DNA of 36,590 nucleotides from Octopus bimaculoides. Its lineage: Eukaryota. Below, one piece after another: positions 1 through 11,700 of the stretch; the first letter of the stretch is position 1, and each line of letters starts with the position of its first letter. Made by a program: the position numbers and the translations under genes. The notes below the pieces were generated by a model. That model ran no database searches. It was not told the DNA's origin and worked only from the letters and a program-made list of their open reading frames with translations. Where the stretch lies: assembly GCF_001194135.2 (NCBI RefSeq), contig NC_068988.1, positions 83,183,810-83,220,399 of the forward strand. The letters are read 5' to 3'.

Positions 1-302
1 ACTCTTAATTGCTTTATCTACCCTGGTACTATCAACTCGGATAGCTGGTCCCTCTATTGGGTCGACATAAGGCAGGCTCTCTTTCTCCCATTCATTCTCT
101 TTATTAAGCAATCTATCGTAGTGGCATCTCCAGACCTCTTTCTTTGCATCCTCATTTAATGCAAGCGTACCATCATCCATGCGAACACATTTCTCTCCTA
201 CAACATCACTATTCTCTCTCCTACACTGTCTTGCAACCCGAAATACCTCGAGTCTTTGGTCCTCACGGCGCAGAACATTGGCAAATCTTTCCTTATCTGC
301 TT
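1..302 (-). mobile_element. RTE-clade LINE fragment (region between endonuclease and RT)
   Basis: Homologous to 11310-11620 and 30140-30400 (ttaattgctttatctacc...gcaccatcatccatgc). Confidence 0.75.
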
Positions 303-429
303 CATATATATATATATATACACATGCTCCATCTACCAATTTCGTTTACATATTATGCTGTTTATATTTCTCATGCCTCTCTCTTCAAATGTTCATACCA
401 TATTGGATAAAGAAGTTGCATAAGTAGCT

Positions 430-690
430 TTGTTCAGAGATAAAAACAAAAGATATACATCTTTATCAAATATGTTATGGACACTTAAAGAGAGGGATGT
501 GTGTGAGCAATCTCCGTATAAACTGGAGCATTATAGCTAAGGCCTGCAAAGGGGACAGGACAGCAAATGCGAGCTCTGCATCACCAAAAAACTAAATATC
601 ATAAACTCAACAGTGAATGTTTTAAGCATTAACTTACTCCTGCATGCACAAGCAACAATTTATACTTTAAAATTTCAAGTGTGACCCCTA
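430..690 (+). mobile_element. Penelope-like element, GIY-YIG endonuclease C-terminal remnant
   Basis: Frameshifted translation FRDKNKRYTSLSNMLWTLKE...WSIIAKAC...SKCELCITKKLNII resembles the PLE EN tail (LSKYxWxLK / WSII / CxLCxxEK). Confidence 0.55.
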
Positions 691-954
691 CCCTTCCACC
701 CACCCTGTCGCTTTGCCACCCCTCAAACCTGGACAAGTTCTTCTCTGGACACCAATTATATGCATTATATGAAGATTATGCATAAAAGACACATTTCCCC
801 ATAAACTTATGCTGTATTCACTCATTACAGATATATTTTCATTGCATATATTCATGACATCCCATAATTCTCAGGAAAATATACACAGAATTATGAATTC
901 ACAACCCCCATGGACCAAGTTTGGTGTCAACATCTGTAAAACTTCACAGTTATG

Positions 955-1465
955 TACACATAATGCAAGTGTGTATGCATGTACGTATATATATATGCCT
1001 ATGTATGTATATATGTTTATGTATGTATACATGTGTTTGTGTGAGTGTACATGGGTGAATGTCTGTGTGCTGGTGTGTGTGTGTTCATATTTTGTATGAT
1101 GTGTATGTGCACGTGTGTATTTATATTTATATTTATCAATAATATTAAGATGCCAACTTGTTCTTTTTGTACATACCTGTAGTGTGTGTCACACTTCAAA
1201 AGAAGTGAGTGGCAAAGCGAGAGATTGGAGGACAGAGAAAGTGAAAGAGTGAGAGAGAAAGAGAGGAAGAGAGAGAGTGTGAAAGAGACAATGAGTGGTG
1301 ATGGTGTTCGTTTTGTGTTTTTAAATGTTTACCACATTGCAAGAAAAGTAGATACATAGATCGAAAGAAAAGTTAATACATAGATACATACGTTGTTAAA
1401 TTTAAAAGCGGGAGAGAAGAGGGACACAGAGGAAGAAAAAGAGAAAGAAAGCGAGAGAGACAGTA
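955..1465. repeat. Compound microsatellite / low complexity ((TATG)n, (TG)n, (GA)n)
   Basis: Directly visible. Confidence 0.85.
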
Positions 1466-1594
1466 GATACATAGATCGAAAGAAAAGTTGATACATAGAT
1501 ACATAGACACATTGTTAAATCAAAGACGAATAACTACAGCAAATATTGGATGTCACTTTCACTTTTCATTACCACACGATAAAATTAACTCACA

Positions 1595-1672
1595 GTGCGC
1601 TGCTGGGAATCGTGCTCATAACTTTACAATCATGGGCCAAATACCTCTAACCACTGAGCCATGCACCTTCAC
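1595..1672 (-). mobile_element. tRNA-derived SINE head
   Basis: The reverse complement has A-box TGGCTCAGTGGTTAGAG and a degenerate B-box GAGCACGATTCC. Confidence 0.55.
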
Positions 1673-2160
1673 TCTCTTAACTGTAGAGAAAGGGAGTGAA
1701 TTGATAGACAGTGAAAGGAAAGCCTCAGTCATTTACAATGACACTTGGACTGAAATACGATCGATCTTTTCTAGCTTTACATTTAACAACAACGAAGAGA
1801 GAGAGAGAGACATATTTAGTAATGAATAGAGGGAAAGTCTTTTAGGTGTTTATGTTTTGATTCTGGGAGTTCTAGAATGATCAACTGTTATTTCTTTCTT
1901 CTTTCTCCCACCCCCGGTACTTATTCACCATCTTTCATAGTTCTTCATGTAATTTTTTCAGACACATTTAACATTTTCTCTACAAACTACAAACAAGCCC
2001 TCCTCCCTCCCTTTTTTTCATGCAAAAACTAATGCAAATTTCAAATGGAGTATAGCTGTGAAAAGAGCCCAGATAAATGGATAACACCACCTACAAAATG
2101 GGTTGGGGAGAAAAGTTGCCAACAGACGGCTACACGAAATTCAACTCTATACTTTAAAGA

Positions 2161-2250
2161 GTCTTCTACTATAGCCTTGGGCTGACCAAAGCCCCATGAG
2201 TGAATTTGATAGACAGAAACTGAAAGAACCCTGTCATATATATATATATA
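2161..2250 (+). mobile_element. Fragment of the tRNA/CORE-type SINE family
   Basis: gtcttctactatagccttgggctgaccaaagcc...gaaactgaaagaa matches 26413-26485 and 34395-34465. Confidence 0.75.
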
Positions 2251-3499
2251 AAGGATGTGTTATAACACTATTCCACATATACAAAAACAGCCATACCAAT
2301 AATCCAACATACCTCCATCATCAGCTGCCCTGCAGATATCATTATGGTTTTGACATCTGAGGAGTACCATTCAATCCGGCAGTGTCAACGGCACTAAAAA
2401 AAGTGCTGCTTGGGAACAAACATACCAAAAAGCAAAGCACAACTTTCAAACACCTTTACCCTATGTACAATAGTATTCAATCAAATATAGGAAGGATTAA
2501 ACACTAACTTTAAAATTAAACTATAACATGAAACAAATCTATGTACATCAGCATCGGTATTAAAAGAAAAACCTACAATAACTAAATTATATGCTAAATA
2601 GCGACCAAGTCCATACGAATAATAGTCCCACCAATCTTCCAGAGTTGATACTATAATAACAGAAAGTGAAAGATTTATTTCAATTCTCTCCAAAACGAAA
2701 ACACGATTGAATTTAATGAATAATATAATTGAGTGAAATACATTATTTCATAATTCAAAAGTTAATAATAAAAACACTACATACTCTTAATATATATTAC
2801 CCTTACAAGCTATAATGTAAACTTACCAGTAACTAATAAAAACAATAAATTTATAAATAGGAACTAATAAAAGTATACTTGTAAATAACTATTATATTTA
2901 TGTGTGTGTGTGTGTTGTGACTGAATCAAGTAAAAGAATAAAAGAATACCAGAAGGACGTTCCTTACCACTAAACCAAGAAAGTTCATTGAATATTTACG
3001 ATGTATTTTAAGGCTAAATAGTAATTCTGTTTCCGTCTGCATAACGGATATTTTGGTTGGATTATATAGTTAAGTTTTACACTTCTTTCTATATTCTGTA
3101 ACTGTCACAGTATAAAAAAACATTTCTCATGGCACCAGCACACAATTTACAGATGCTTGCATTTTTTATATTTCCCGTGAATTTTTCACAGGTCCAGCTA
3201 GTATTTGTAGATTTCGACTTGCACGAATATTCTTGCATAAAATAACGTGGGAATTAATCAATCGATGATGTATACACTTCATTGTAAAGAACCAAGGATA
3301 ATGCAAGGGAAAGAACAATTAAAATTTTTCTATCGCTTACCTCCCATGATTTGTATCTTGAAATCCTGTTCGGTCTCCTGTGGCTTTGTACATTCTCATC
3401 CAAGATGGAGACAAGTACCAACATTCCTTGATCATTCTTGAGAGATTTCTTTGGTAGCCTTGTTAATCCACAAATAAAATGTGTGTGTGTGTGTGTGTA

Positions 3500-4405
3500 T
3501 GTCTCCGTACATGCAAGATTTCTTACCAATAGAGAAAGAGCCAGTTTCTAACCTAGATCCAAGGATCTTTCACTGGAATTTCAACAACATTAGCAGGGTA
3601 TTTTTGTATATATGTATGTGTGCAAATTTGTATGTTTTACTTTGTTTGTCTTCCCATGCATATACTTGAATATATCAAGACATGCTCATAGAAACTTAAA
3701 TGATAAACTTCTGGAAAGTTTTACAGTTTCAGTGATGGATTGGATCTATAGTCTTCGATTCAGCTTTCTCTTTTCTGACTTTCAGAAGCCTAATTTCTCA
3801 AGATTTGGTATTTAGACAGTGTGTTACATATCCCGGTGCCCCAATAATTACAGGTATAGACCTGAATTTGTAATCTGGGTAGAGTAACTGCAGATTTCTC
3901 AATAGTACTGCGTAGGTATTCTCTTTTTCACTGATCTTTAGCTTTATGTTAACATCCACTGGGTAGCTGATTTCTGTGCACAGTTTCTCTTCTCTATCCC
4001 AAATCATTATATCAGGTCTATTATGTTTACATTTTATTGAGGTTTTCAGTACTCCTTTTTATTATGATTGTCTATGGCTTCTATTATACTATGGGTTCTT
4101 AGTTCTTTATCCTCAGGATTATCCTTTCGATGGATTTCATTATATAGTGTCCTAGCTACAACATCATGTTTCATTGATAGATAATACTATGATGACATTT
4201 TCAGACAACTGCTTATGATGTGGGTGATATGTTCGGTGTTAACTCCAGAAAGTCTTCATCGGTTGTCACATTTTACTGCTTTTCCTGCATCTCTGTCCCT
4301 TTTGTGCATCAGGTATTTGTTGATATTTCCTGTTCCTGCATTGCAAATGCATACCCTGTAAAGTGGGAGGTAGTAATCTGGTTGTTGGTCTATGATCGAC
4401 TGCTT
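3500..4405 (-). mobile_element. RLE-type non-LTR retrotransposon 3' fragment (R4/Dong/Hero-like)
   Basis: Decayed CCHC knuckle (CRL..EHITHIISSC) followed by the restriction-like endonuclease RPDIMIWDREEKLC..EIS.PVDVN...IPVIIGA.G; abuts (TG)n. Confidence 0.8.
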
Positions 4406-4409
4406 TGAT

Positions 4410-6270
4410 GATCAATGTTACTATCATCTATGAGCTTTCTGCTAACATATCCATGCATGGTCTTCTGCTCATGTATTGTTTTCCGATTTTAATTTTGTCT
4501 TGTAAAGTAACTGGCAGTTCATGAATGACATTACACAAAACATTTTTAATTTCATTTTCTACTCGCAAAGCAGCAATCATGATATCTTCCAATGGTTCAG
4601 CATTTTTTAAAATCAGTTTTGGTAGACAATCAGCATGTCCTAATCTCTTGGATGGTATATACTCCATCTTGAAATCATAGTTTAATAATATTGTACCCCA
4701 GCTTTGATAGTGTGGATAGGAGTTGCTTTTTTCAACACAAATATTGAAAATAATGGACGATGATCAGTCTGTAGATGAAAACTTCTACTGTGTAAAAAGC
4801 TGTAAAATTTTTTTTTTTTTTTGGCAAAAATAATCGCTAGAGCTTCTATTTCAATTTGACTATAATTTTTCTCTGCTGATATCAGAGAACATGAGTCATG
4901 AACCACTGTCTTCATGTTACCGTCTTTATATTTATGTAGCATTACTGCTCCTATACCATACTCAGAAGTGTCTGAAGCTACAACAATCTCCGCTGCAGGA
5001 TCGAAGTGTGCTGACAACATGTCAGATATTAATATTTTTTTTTATTTCATCAAACGCCTTTTGACAATTTTCCAACCAATTCCATTTCATATCTTTTTCC
5101 AGCAGATTATTCAGTGGAACCCTCACCTAATGTATATTTGGAATATAATTTTGGTTATGATTTACCAATCCTAAAAATGCTTGTACGGTCACTATATTTG
5201 TTGGAGGGGTTATATTTTTATTGTGTCTGCCCTCGATGGGTCTGGTCGACGTCCATTTCTGTCAATGATTTGTCCTAAATATCTTTTTTTCCTTGAGAAA
5301 AATTCACACTTTTCTTCACCTAAAGTAAAACCATAATTTCTAATTTTTTTCAAATACATATTTTACATGCTCTCCGTGTTGTTCCCTAGATTCAATTTTA
5401 ATGAGTATATCATCCAGATATGGAATTGCGAATTCACAGTTCACCAACATTGCATCCATAATCTGTTGAAAAATCACTAGTGTGACTTTTAAGCCAAATG
5501 GTAACTTGTTGTATTTATACAGTCCTTTATTTGTGTTAATTGTTAGATATTATAGCATTCATCGTCTACTTTAATTTGTAAATATATGTCAGAGAGATCC
5601 AATTTAGAAAATATATTGTCACTGTTTAATTTTGCAAAAATATCCTCCGGAGTAGGTAGTGGATAGTGGTATGTTTTAAGATATTTGTTTAAACCAGTGT
5701 AAAAATCAGCATACACTCTGATTTTAGTATTCTTTTTCTTAATGTACCCAGTTGGTGCTGACCATTGACTATATTCCACTTTTTGGATAACTCCAATTTT
5801 TTCTAGCCTCTCTAACTCAAAGTTTATCTGTTCTAATACTGTGAATGTTACCATCCATTTTTGTTTCAATTCTGGTCTGGTGTTTTATTTGAAACTGTGC
5901 TTTTGTTTTGGTACTCAGGCCTAATTTATCAGCAGAACTTCAGGAAAAAAATTTTAAAATTTCTTTTTCAATTCGTATGACAACTTATTTGTACTGAAGG
6001 AAAAAACTTTGTTTGTAAAACAATCCTGGATCCATATTATTTTTGTTGGTTATCTACCCACTGATATAAAGCAAATTCTTGATGTTTATCAAACTTGACT
6101 GGGTTGGTTGCATGGTGATATCCTCAATCTTCGACAGCATCCTGTTTATTGTTATTGATATTTTTACATGTGAATACAGTGATTCCTACATTATTGACAT
6201 AATGTACATAATTCCTCATCTCTTAAATATAGCATTGTACAGTGATTCCTGTTTGATTCTGATGTAGTGA
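4410..6270 (-). mobile_element. Ty3/Gypsy LTR retrotransposon pol remnant (RT, RNase H, connection), degraded
   Basis: ORFs 5543..5869 (WSAP..IRVYADF...YPLPTPEDIF..LDLSDIYLQ), 4682..5020 (ASDTSEYGIGAV..YSQIEIEALAIIFA..TDHRPL) and 4428..4667 (GHADCL). Confidence 0.9.
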
Positions 6271-6356
6271 GTTATTGTCTGGGCCTCTGGCAGATATTCT
6301 TGCTATGTATGTATGTATATAGACACATACATATGTATGTTCACACACACACACAT

Positions 6357-6530
6357 ACAGCATCATCTTCACCATCATTTTATGTCCATTTTCCATACTG
6401 GCATGGATTGGACAAGAGTTGGCAAGCCAGAGGATTGCGCCAAGTTCTATTGTTTGCTTTGGCAGCGTTTCTAGGGTTGGATGCTCTTCCTAATGCCAAG
6501 CACTTTATAGAGTGCACTAGTGCTTTTTGC
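6357..6530 (-). mobile_element. RTE 3'-UTR / RTE-tailed SINE-like fragment
   Basis: catcatc...ccatactggcatgg...ggatgctcttcctaatgcca is shared with all RTE 3' ends in the window. Confidence 0.75.
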
Positions 6531-6758
6531 ACTATATATATATCTTTATATATATATATATATATATATATATTCTCTCCCCATTTTTTTTTCTTTCCTT
6601 TTTTTTTTTTTATTCTCTCTCTATTTTTGTCCACTCAGTCCTTTTCTGTTGAAGAGCATAGGCTTGAAACGGCAAAGACTTTTCTATTCTTCCTGAGTGT
6701 TAAACTTATACAACTGCTTGTTGTTCCCTCTCTTAGCTTCCTCTTTTGTAAATTTGAA

Positions 6759-6795
<37 letters not shown>

Positions 6796-7003
6796 ATAAA
6801 AAGTCAGGAGGTATGAGAGAAGTTGAATTGTTGGTATAAACAGGATGTTCTGGTGAACTGATAGAATTGTATAATGTGAAGCATGCATATTTATGCAAAT
6901 ATGTAAACAATAACTTATTTGACATTCAAATTATTACTATGTAAAAAAAGTCTGTGAAATGGTTGTAATCCTAAAGATGTCAAGTGTTTAAATAAATATA
7001 TTC

Positions 7004-7821
7004 GGATCTTTCTGATTTGGCGGGCGCCACTTTTTATCTATGTTTTATTTAGTGTGTTTTCTACCGAAACACTTTCAAACTTTGTATACTTGTATATTTT
7101 GTGTTATAGAACAAATGAAAATTTTTGTATTCAAAGTTATTTCATGTAGAAAATTGTCGTATTTCTGTAATTTCAACCAATCACTGACGTCTATTAAGGT
7201 GAAAACAATTACTGCTGTGGTTCGTCAACAAAACGTTGTGTGGTGTAATGGGATCTTTTCCCTCGAATAAAATTAGTGCCATTGTTTGTCAACAACAACT
7301 ATCGGCGGTACTGTTATTTATGACATCGTTCGTGCGTTTGTACTGGTTTTAGCTTTAGGGTTTTAGGGTTAGGGTTACGGTTACGGTTATGAGTATTGGC
7401 AAAAATACTCATAACCCTAACCCTAAATCTAACCCTAACCCTAAAACCCGAACCCTAACCCTAAAACCCTAAAGCTAAAACCAGTACAAACGCACGAACG
7501 ATGTCATAAATAACAGTATCACCAATAGTTGTTGTTGACAAACAATGGCACTAATTTTATTCAAGGGAAAAGATCCCATTACACCGCACAACGTTTTGTT
7601 GACAATCCATAGCAGTAATTGTTTTCACCTCAATAGACGTCAGTGATTGGTTGAAATTACTGAAATACGACAATTTTAACACGAAAAAACTTTAAAAAGA
7701 TAAAATTTTCTTAATTGCACTAAGAGTAAAAGATGTTTTATATGACATATTCTACCAGTGTCCCAAGTCTGAAAGTGTTTCGTTAAGAAAACAAGTGGCG
7801 CCCGCCAAATCAGAAAGATCC
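7004..7821. mobile_element. Non-autonomous foldback DNA transposon, Merlin-like, with a central telomere-like repeat palindrome
   Basis: Perfect 28-bp TIR starting GG (GGATCTTTCTGATTTGGCGGGCGCCACT); 8-bp TSD ATATATTC/ATATATTG (6996-7003, 7822-7829); inner arms about 95% identical (7151-7397 vs 7404-7678). Confidence 0.8.
7355..7475. repeat. Interstitial telomere-like repeats, (TTAGGG)n-like facing (CCCTAA)n-like, head-to-head
   Basis: ttagggttttagggttagggtt...taaccctaaccctaa directly visible. Confidence 0.85.
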
Positions 7822-8379
7822 ATATATTGGCCTCTTATACCTCCTGACTATGTATGCCTTATATACTTCTCATGAAATAATTTCATCAATTGGATCTTCT
7901 GGGTTTCAGCTGTATGGTTACTCTGCATTACACTTCTCTGTATTATATTACTATGTGGTCAGTTAGCCAAATCCATTAGAGGAGCTCTCTGTGATAGCCA
8001 CATGATTCTCTGAATTCATATCTTAGACTTCTACATTAAACCTTAAACACTTGTTTTTCTTTATATTCACCTGTTCCCCATGTCTTACTTTCCCATACAC
8101 TCATGCAACCTCTAACCACCCACACTTTGTTCTTCTGTCCTTTCTTTTATTCACCTCATACTTTGGGGAACACTCAGACACCTCATCACTACTATCTTTT
8201 TATCTGTTCCCAGCTCCACCCCAATCTCCTCCACACATTCTTGTAAAATATGAGCACCCAAGTAGCTTCTCTATAACAAAATACCTTTTCTGCTTTGGCC
8301 CCTTCTCTCATACTTTGACTTTTCATCTCCTGGCTTTAAGCTACTCCACTTTGGGCTCATTGCCTTGAAAGCTGCATGG

Positions 8380-8575
8380 TGACTTCACATGTGCTGGTGG
8401 CATGAAAGAGGCACCCAGTATAAGCTGTAAAACAGTTGGCATTAGGAAGGGCATTGAGCTGTAGAAATTGTAGCAAAGCAGACACTGAAGCATGATGCTG
8501 TTCTTGAATCCATTGTATCAAAATCAAACTGTCCAGTGCATGCCAGCATGGAACTTGGATATCAAATGATGCCAC
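8380..8575 (+). mobile_element. RTE 3'-UTR fragment, plus orientation
   Basis: gttggcattaggaagggcat...catgccagcatggaa...tgatg is the reverse complement of the RTE tail motif. Confidence 0.7.
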
Positions 8576-8642
8576 TGATTATGGCAGCAGCACAATGAAA
8601 TGTCATTCATCTTATCAGTAAAGCAATGTTGTATTGTTTCAG

Positions 8643-8746
8643 TGAATTACGGTAACTGGTTTGAATATATGCTCCAGTGGGAGAAGGATATCAAAGACCA
8701 TCCAGAACTACCCATTTTGATAGTTAAATATGAAGATCTTAAAAAG
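8643..8746 (+). CDS. SULT: SULT plus copy, exon 3
   Basis: 103/104 nt identical to the reverse complement of 19572-19675; AG/GT intact. Confidence 0.88.
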
Positions 8747-11700
8747 GTGAAATATCTTTTGTTTACTCAAATGTGAAATTTATTTTTGTTTTTTTGNNNN
8801 NNNNNNNNNNNNNNNNNNNNAATCTTTTATAAGGCATTTTTTGTATTTCTACAAATTATATGATAAAACTGTACTAAATTTTTTATTTTATTGATATTTG
8901 TGTGTGTTTGTGTAACTGTTTTTTTCATACTTTCTTTAGGATCCAGTGAGCAATGTGGCTAAAGTGGCTGAGTTTTTAGGCCTTCCTAAAAATGACCAAC
9001 TTTTTGAAGATATTGCTGACAAATGTTCTTTTGCTAAAATGAAGGCAGTAAAACCTCTTCTACCCGAATATTTTCGAACTCCTGGTGCATCATTGTTTCG
9101 AAAAGGTCCAATCTTTGATTTTTATTTTCACCATTTCTACAAATTATCATTGTCATTATTCAATACTTGCTTGAATCAAATGAAATTTACTGAGGCAGAT
9201 TCTCAATGGCCAGATTCCAATCCTGTTGCCAATTCACCCATTTCCATTCAAAGTAAACTTTACTATAGCCAAACGTGTTTTTCATGGAAGATTGGAAACA
9301 AACATCACTTGTATGTCAGTGACACTCATTTACATCCATCACATGATGTCAAGAAAAGGGTACTCGCAAACACACACACACACACACAATGAACCTCTTT
9401 CAGTCTCTAGCTATGATATCTACTCACAAGGCCTTCGTCCACCCAAGGTTATAGTAGAAGATGCCTGCCCAAAGTGCAACACTGTAGGACTGAACTCAAA
9501 ACTACATGGTTGAGAAGCAAGCTTCAACTAATTACGATATGGATATATATATATATATATCATCATTTTCCATCCTGGCATGGGTTGGATGGTTTGACCA
9601 GGCTGGCACACTGGAAGGCTGCACCAGACTCCAGTCTGATTTGGCATGGTTTTCTATGGCTGGATGCCCTTCCTAACACCAACCATTCCAAGAGTGTAAT
9701 GGGTGTTTTTACATGCCACTGGCACAGCTGCTATTTGTGAGCCACTTTGCTTCTGTTAAGTTCAAAGTTCGAAGATCAGGCTTCACCACCTCATTCCATG
9801 TCTTCCTGGGTCTACCTCTACCACAGGTTCCCTCCACAGTTAGAGATCAGCACTTCTCTACACAGCTGTCCTCTTTGATGTGCATCACATGACCATACCA
9901 GTGCAGTCTGTCTTGCACACCACATCTGATGCCATTTATGCCTAACTTTTCTCTCAAGATGCTTACACTCTGTTGTGTGTGCACACTAGCATTGCACATC
10001 CAGCGAAGCATACTGGCTTCATTTCTTTCAAGCCTACACATATCCTTGGCTGTCACAGCCCATGTTTCCCTGACATGCAGCATGGCTGTTCGCACACAGG
10101 CAGCAAATAATCTGCCTTTCACTCTGAGAGAGAGGCCCTTTGTTGCCAGCTGAGGTAGAAGCTCTCTGAACTTTGCCCAGCCTAATCTTATTCACACAAC
10201 AATGCTCTCGGAGCATCCACCTCCACTACTAACTTGGTCACCTAGATATCAGAAGCTATCTACTACCTCTAGCTTGCCCCCCTGGCAGTTGATGGAGTCT
10301 ATTTTCTGCACATTTTCAGCGTTTATTGTAACTGTGCGTCTTCCACATAGAAAAGCTAGTTTCCTTGTTAACCTTCCTCTGATATTGTATCCAAAGCTAA
10401 CACTTTTATGTGTCGAAAGCTTACACTGGGTGCATGATATAGAGTTTCTACCTACACCTTTTCTACAGATCGAGCAGAACCATCTACCTGAAGGGATTTG
10501 TGATTTGTCTGTCTTCCTACTTACTAAGACTTTTGTTTTTGCTAGGTTAACTCTAAGGCACTTTGATTCTAGACCTTGCTTCAATACCTGAAACTTCTCT
10601 AGTTCAGATAGTGATTCAACTATAAGAGCAAGGTCATCAGCATAGTGGAGCTCCCAGGGGCAGCCTGTCTTGAATTCCTCTGTTATTGCCTGGAGGACTA
10701 TGATGAACAAGTGGGGGATGAGCACTGAACCTTAGCGAACCCCTACTTGTAATCTGAATTCTATGCTGTACTCATTGGCAACCCTTGCCTTACTGGTAGC
10801 ATCCCTGTGCATAGCTTGTACAGCTCTCACCAACCACTTGTCTATCCCTAGTTTCCACATTGAACACCAGATAAGCGATTAGGGGATCCAGTCAAAGGCT
10901 TTCTCTAAGTCAACAAAGGCCAAGTACAGAAGTTTATCTTTGGCTATGTATTTCTCCTGCAGCTGCCTTACCAGAAATATAGCATCAGTGGTACTTATCC
11001 CTGGCACAAAACCAAACTGCATCTCATCTAGACTAACTCTCTTCCTAATTAGCTGGGCTATGACTCTCCCTGTGACTTTCATCACCTGATCCAACAATTT
11101 GACACCTCTGTAATCATTTCTATCCAGAGCATCACCTTTATTTTGTGGCAGTTGACTATGGTGCTGCTACACCAGTCATTGGGTATGACTTCTTTGTGAA
11201 CCACCTGATTTACAATACAGGTGACTAGACCATAACCCACATCACAAGATATTTTAAGCATCTCATTAGTGATTCCTGATGGGTTGAGGGCTGTTCCTGT
11301 CATCATATCCTTAATTGCTTTATCTACCATGGAACTGCCGATTTGGGTAGCCAGTCGCTCAATTGGGTCAACATTTGGCAGACTCTCCTACTCCCAGTCA
11401 TTTTCTATGTTCAGCAGTCTTTCATAATGGCATTTCCAAGCCTCTTTCTTTGCAGAATCATTACATGCAAGTGCACCATCATCCATGCAGACACATTTTT
11501 ATCCTATGACATCATGATTTTCTCTCATGCACTGTTTTGCGATCTGAAACACTCTCCACCTTACCCCTTGGATGCAACATGTATCAACATGCCTCTGTTC
11601 AAGCATCTCAACAATCTCGCTATACCTACCTTTCAATGTGCCTTCATTGATAATGCCAACTCTGAAAACTGGGAAAGGGATGGGAAGGAGTAATGTTATT

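Larger units (their letters stand above)
6802..7849. mobile_element. Small TIR element (about 220 bp before insertion) hosting the 7004-7821 element
   Basis: agtcaggaggtatgagag (6802-6819) is the reverse complement of ctcttatacctcctgact (7832-7849), 17/18 match. Confidence 0.45.

Noticed and set aside
3247-3529. Short ORFs on both strands next to the RLE element
   Set aside because: No motif I can recognise in any frame, and multiple stops.
7355-7475. Chromosome-end fusion or true telomere remnant
   Set aside because: The repeats are short, degenerate and enclosed within TIRs and a TSD, so they are part of a mobile element.
8946-9392. 148-aa ORF, and the similar read-through ORFs 19144..19398, 27346..27864 and 32288..32548
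   Set aside because: Each is a SULT exon continuing in frame into intron or repeat sequence. SULT similarity stops exactly at the GT donor, so these are not separate proteins.
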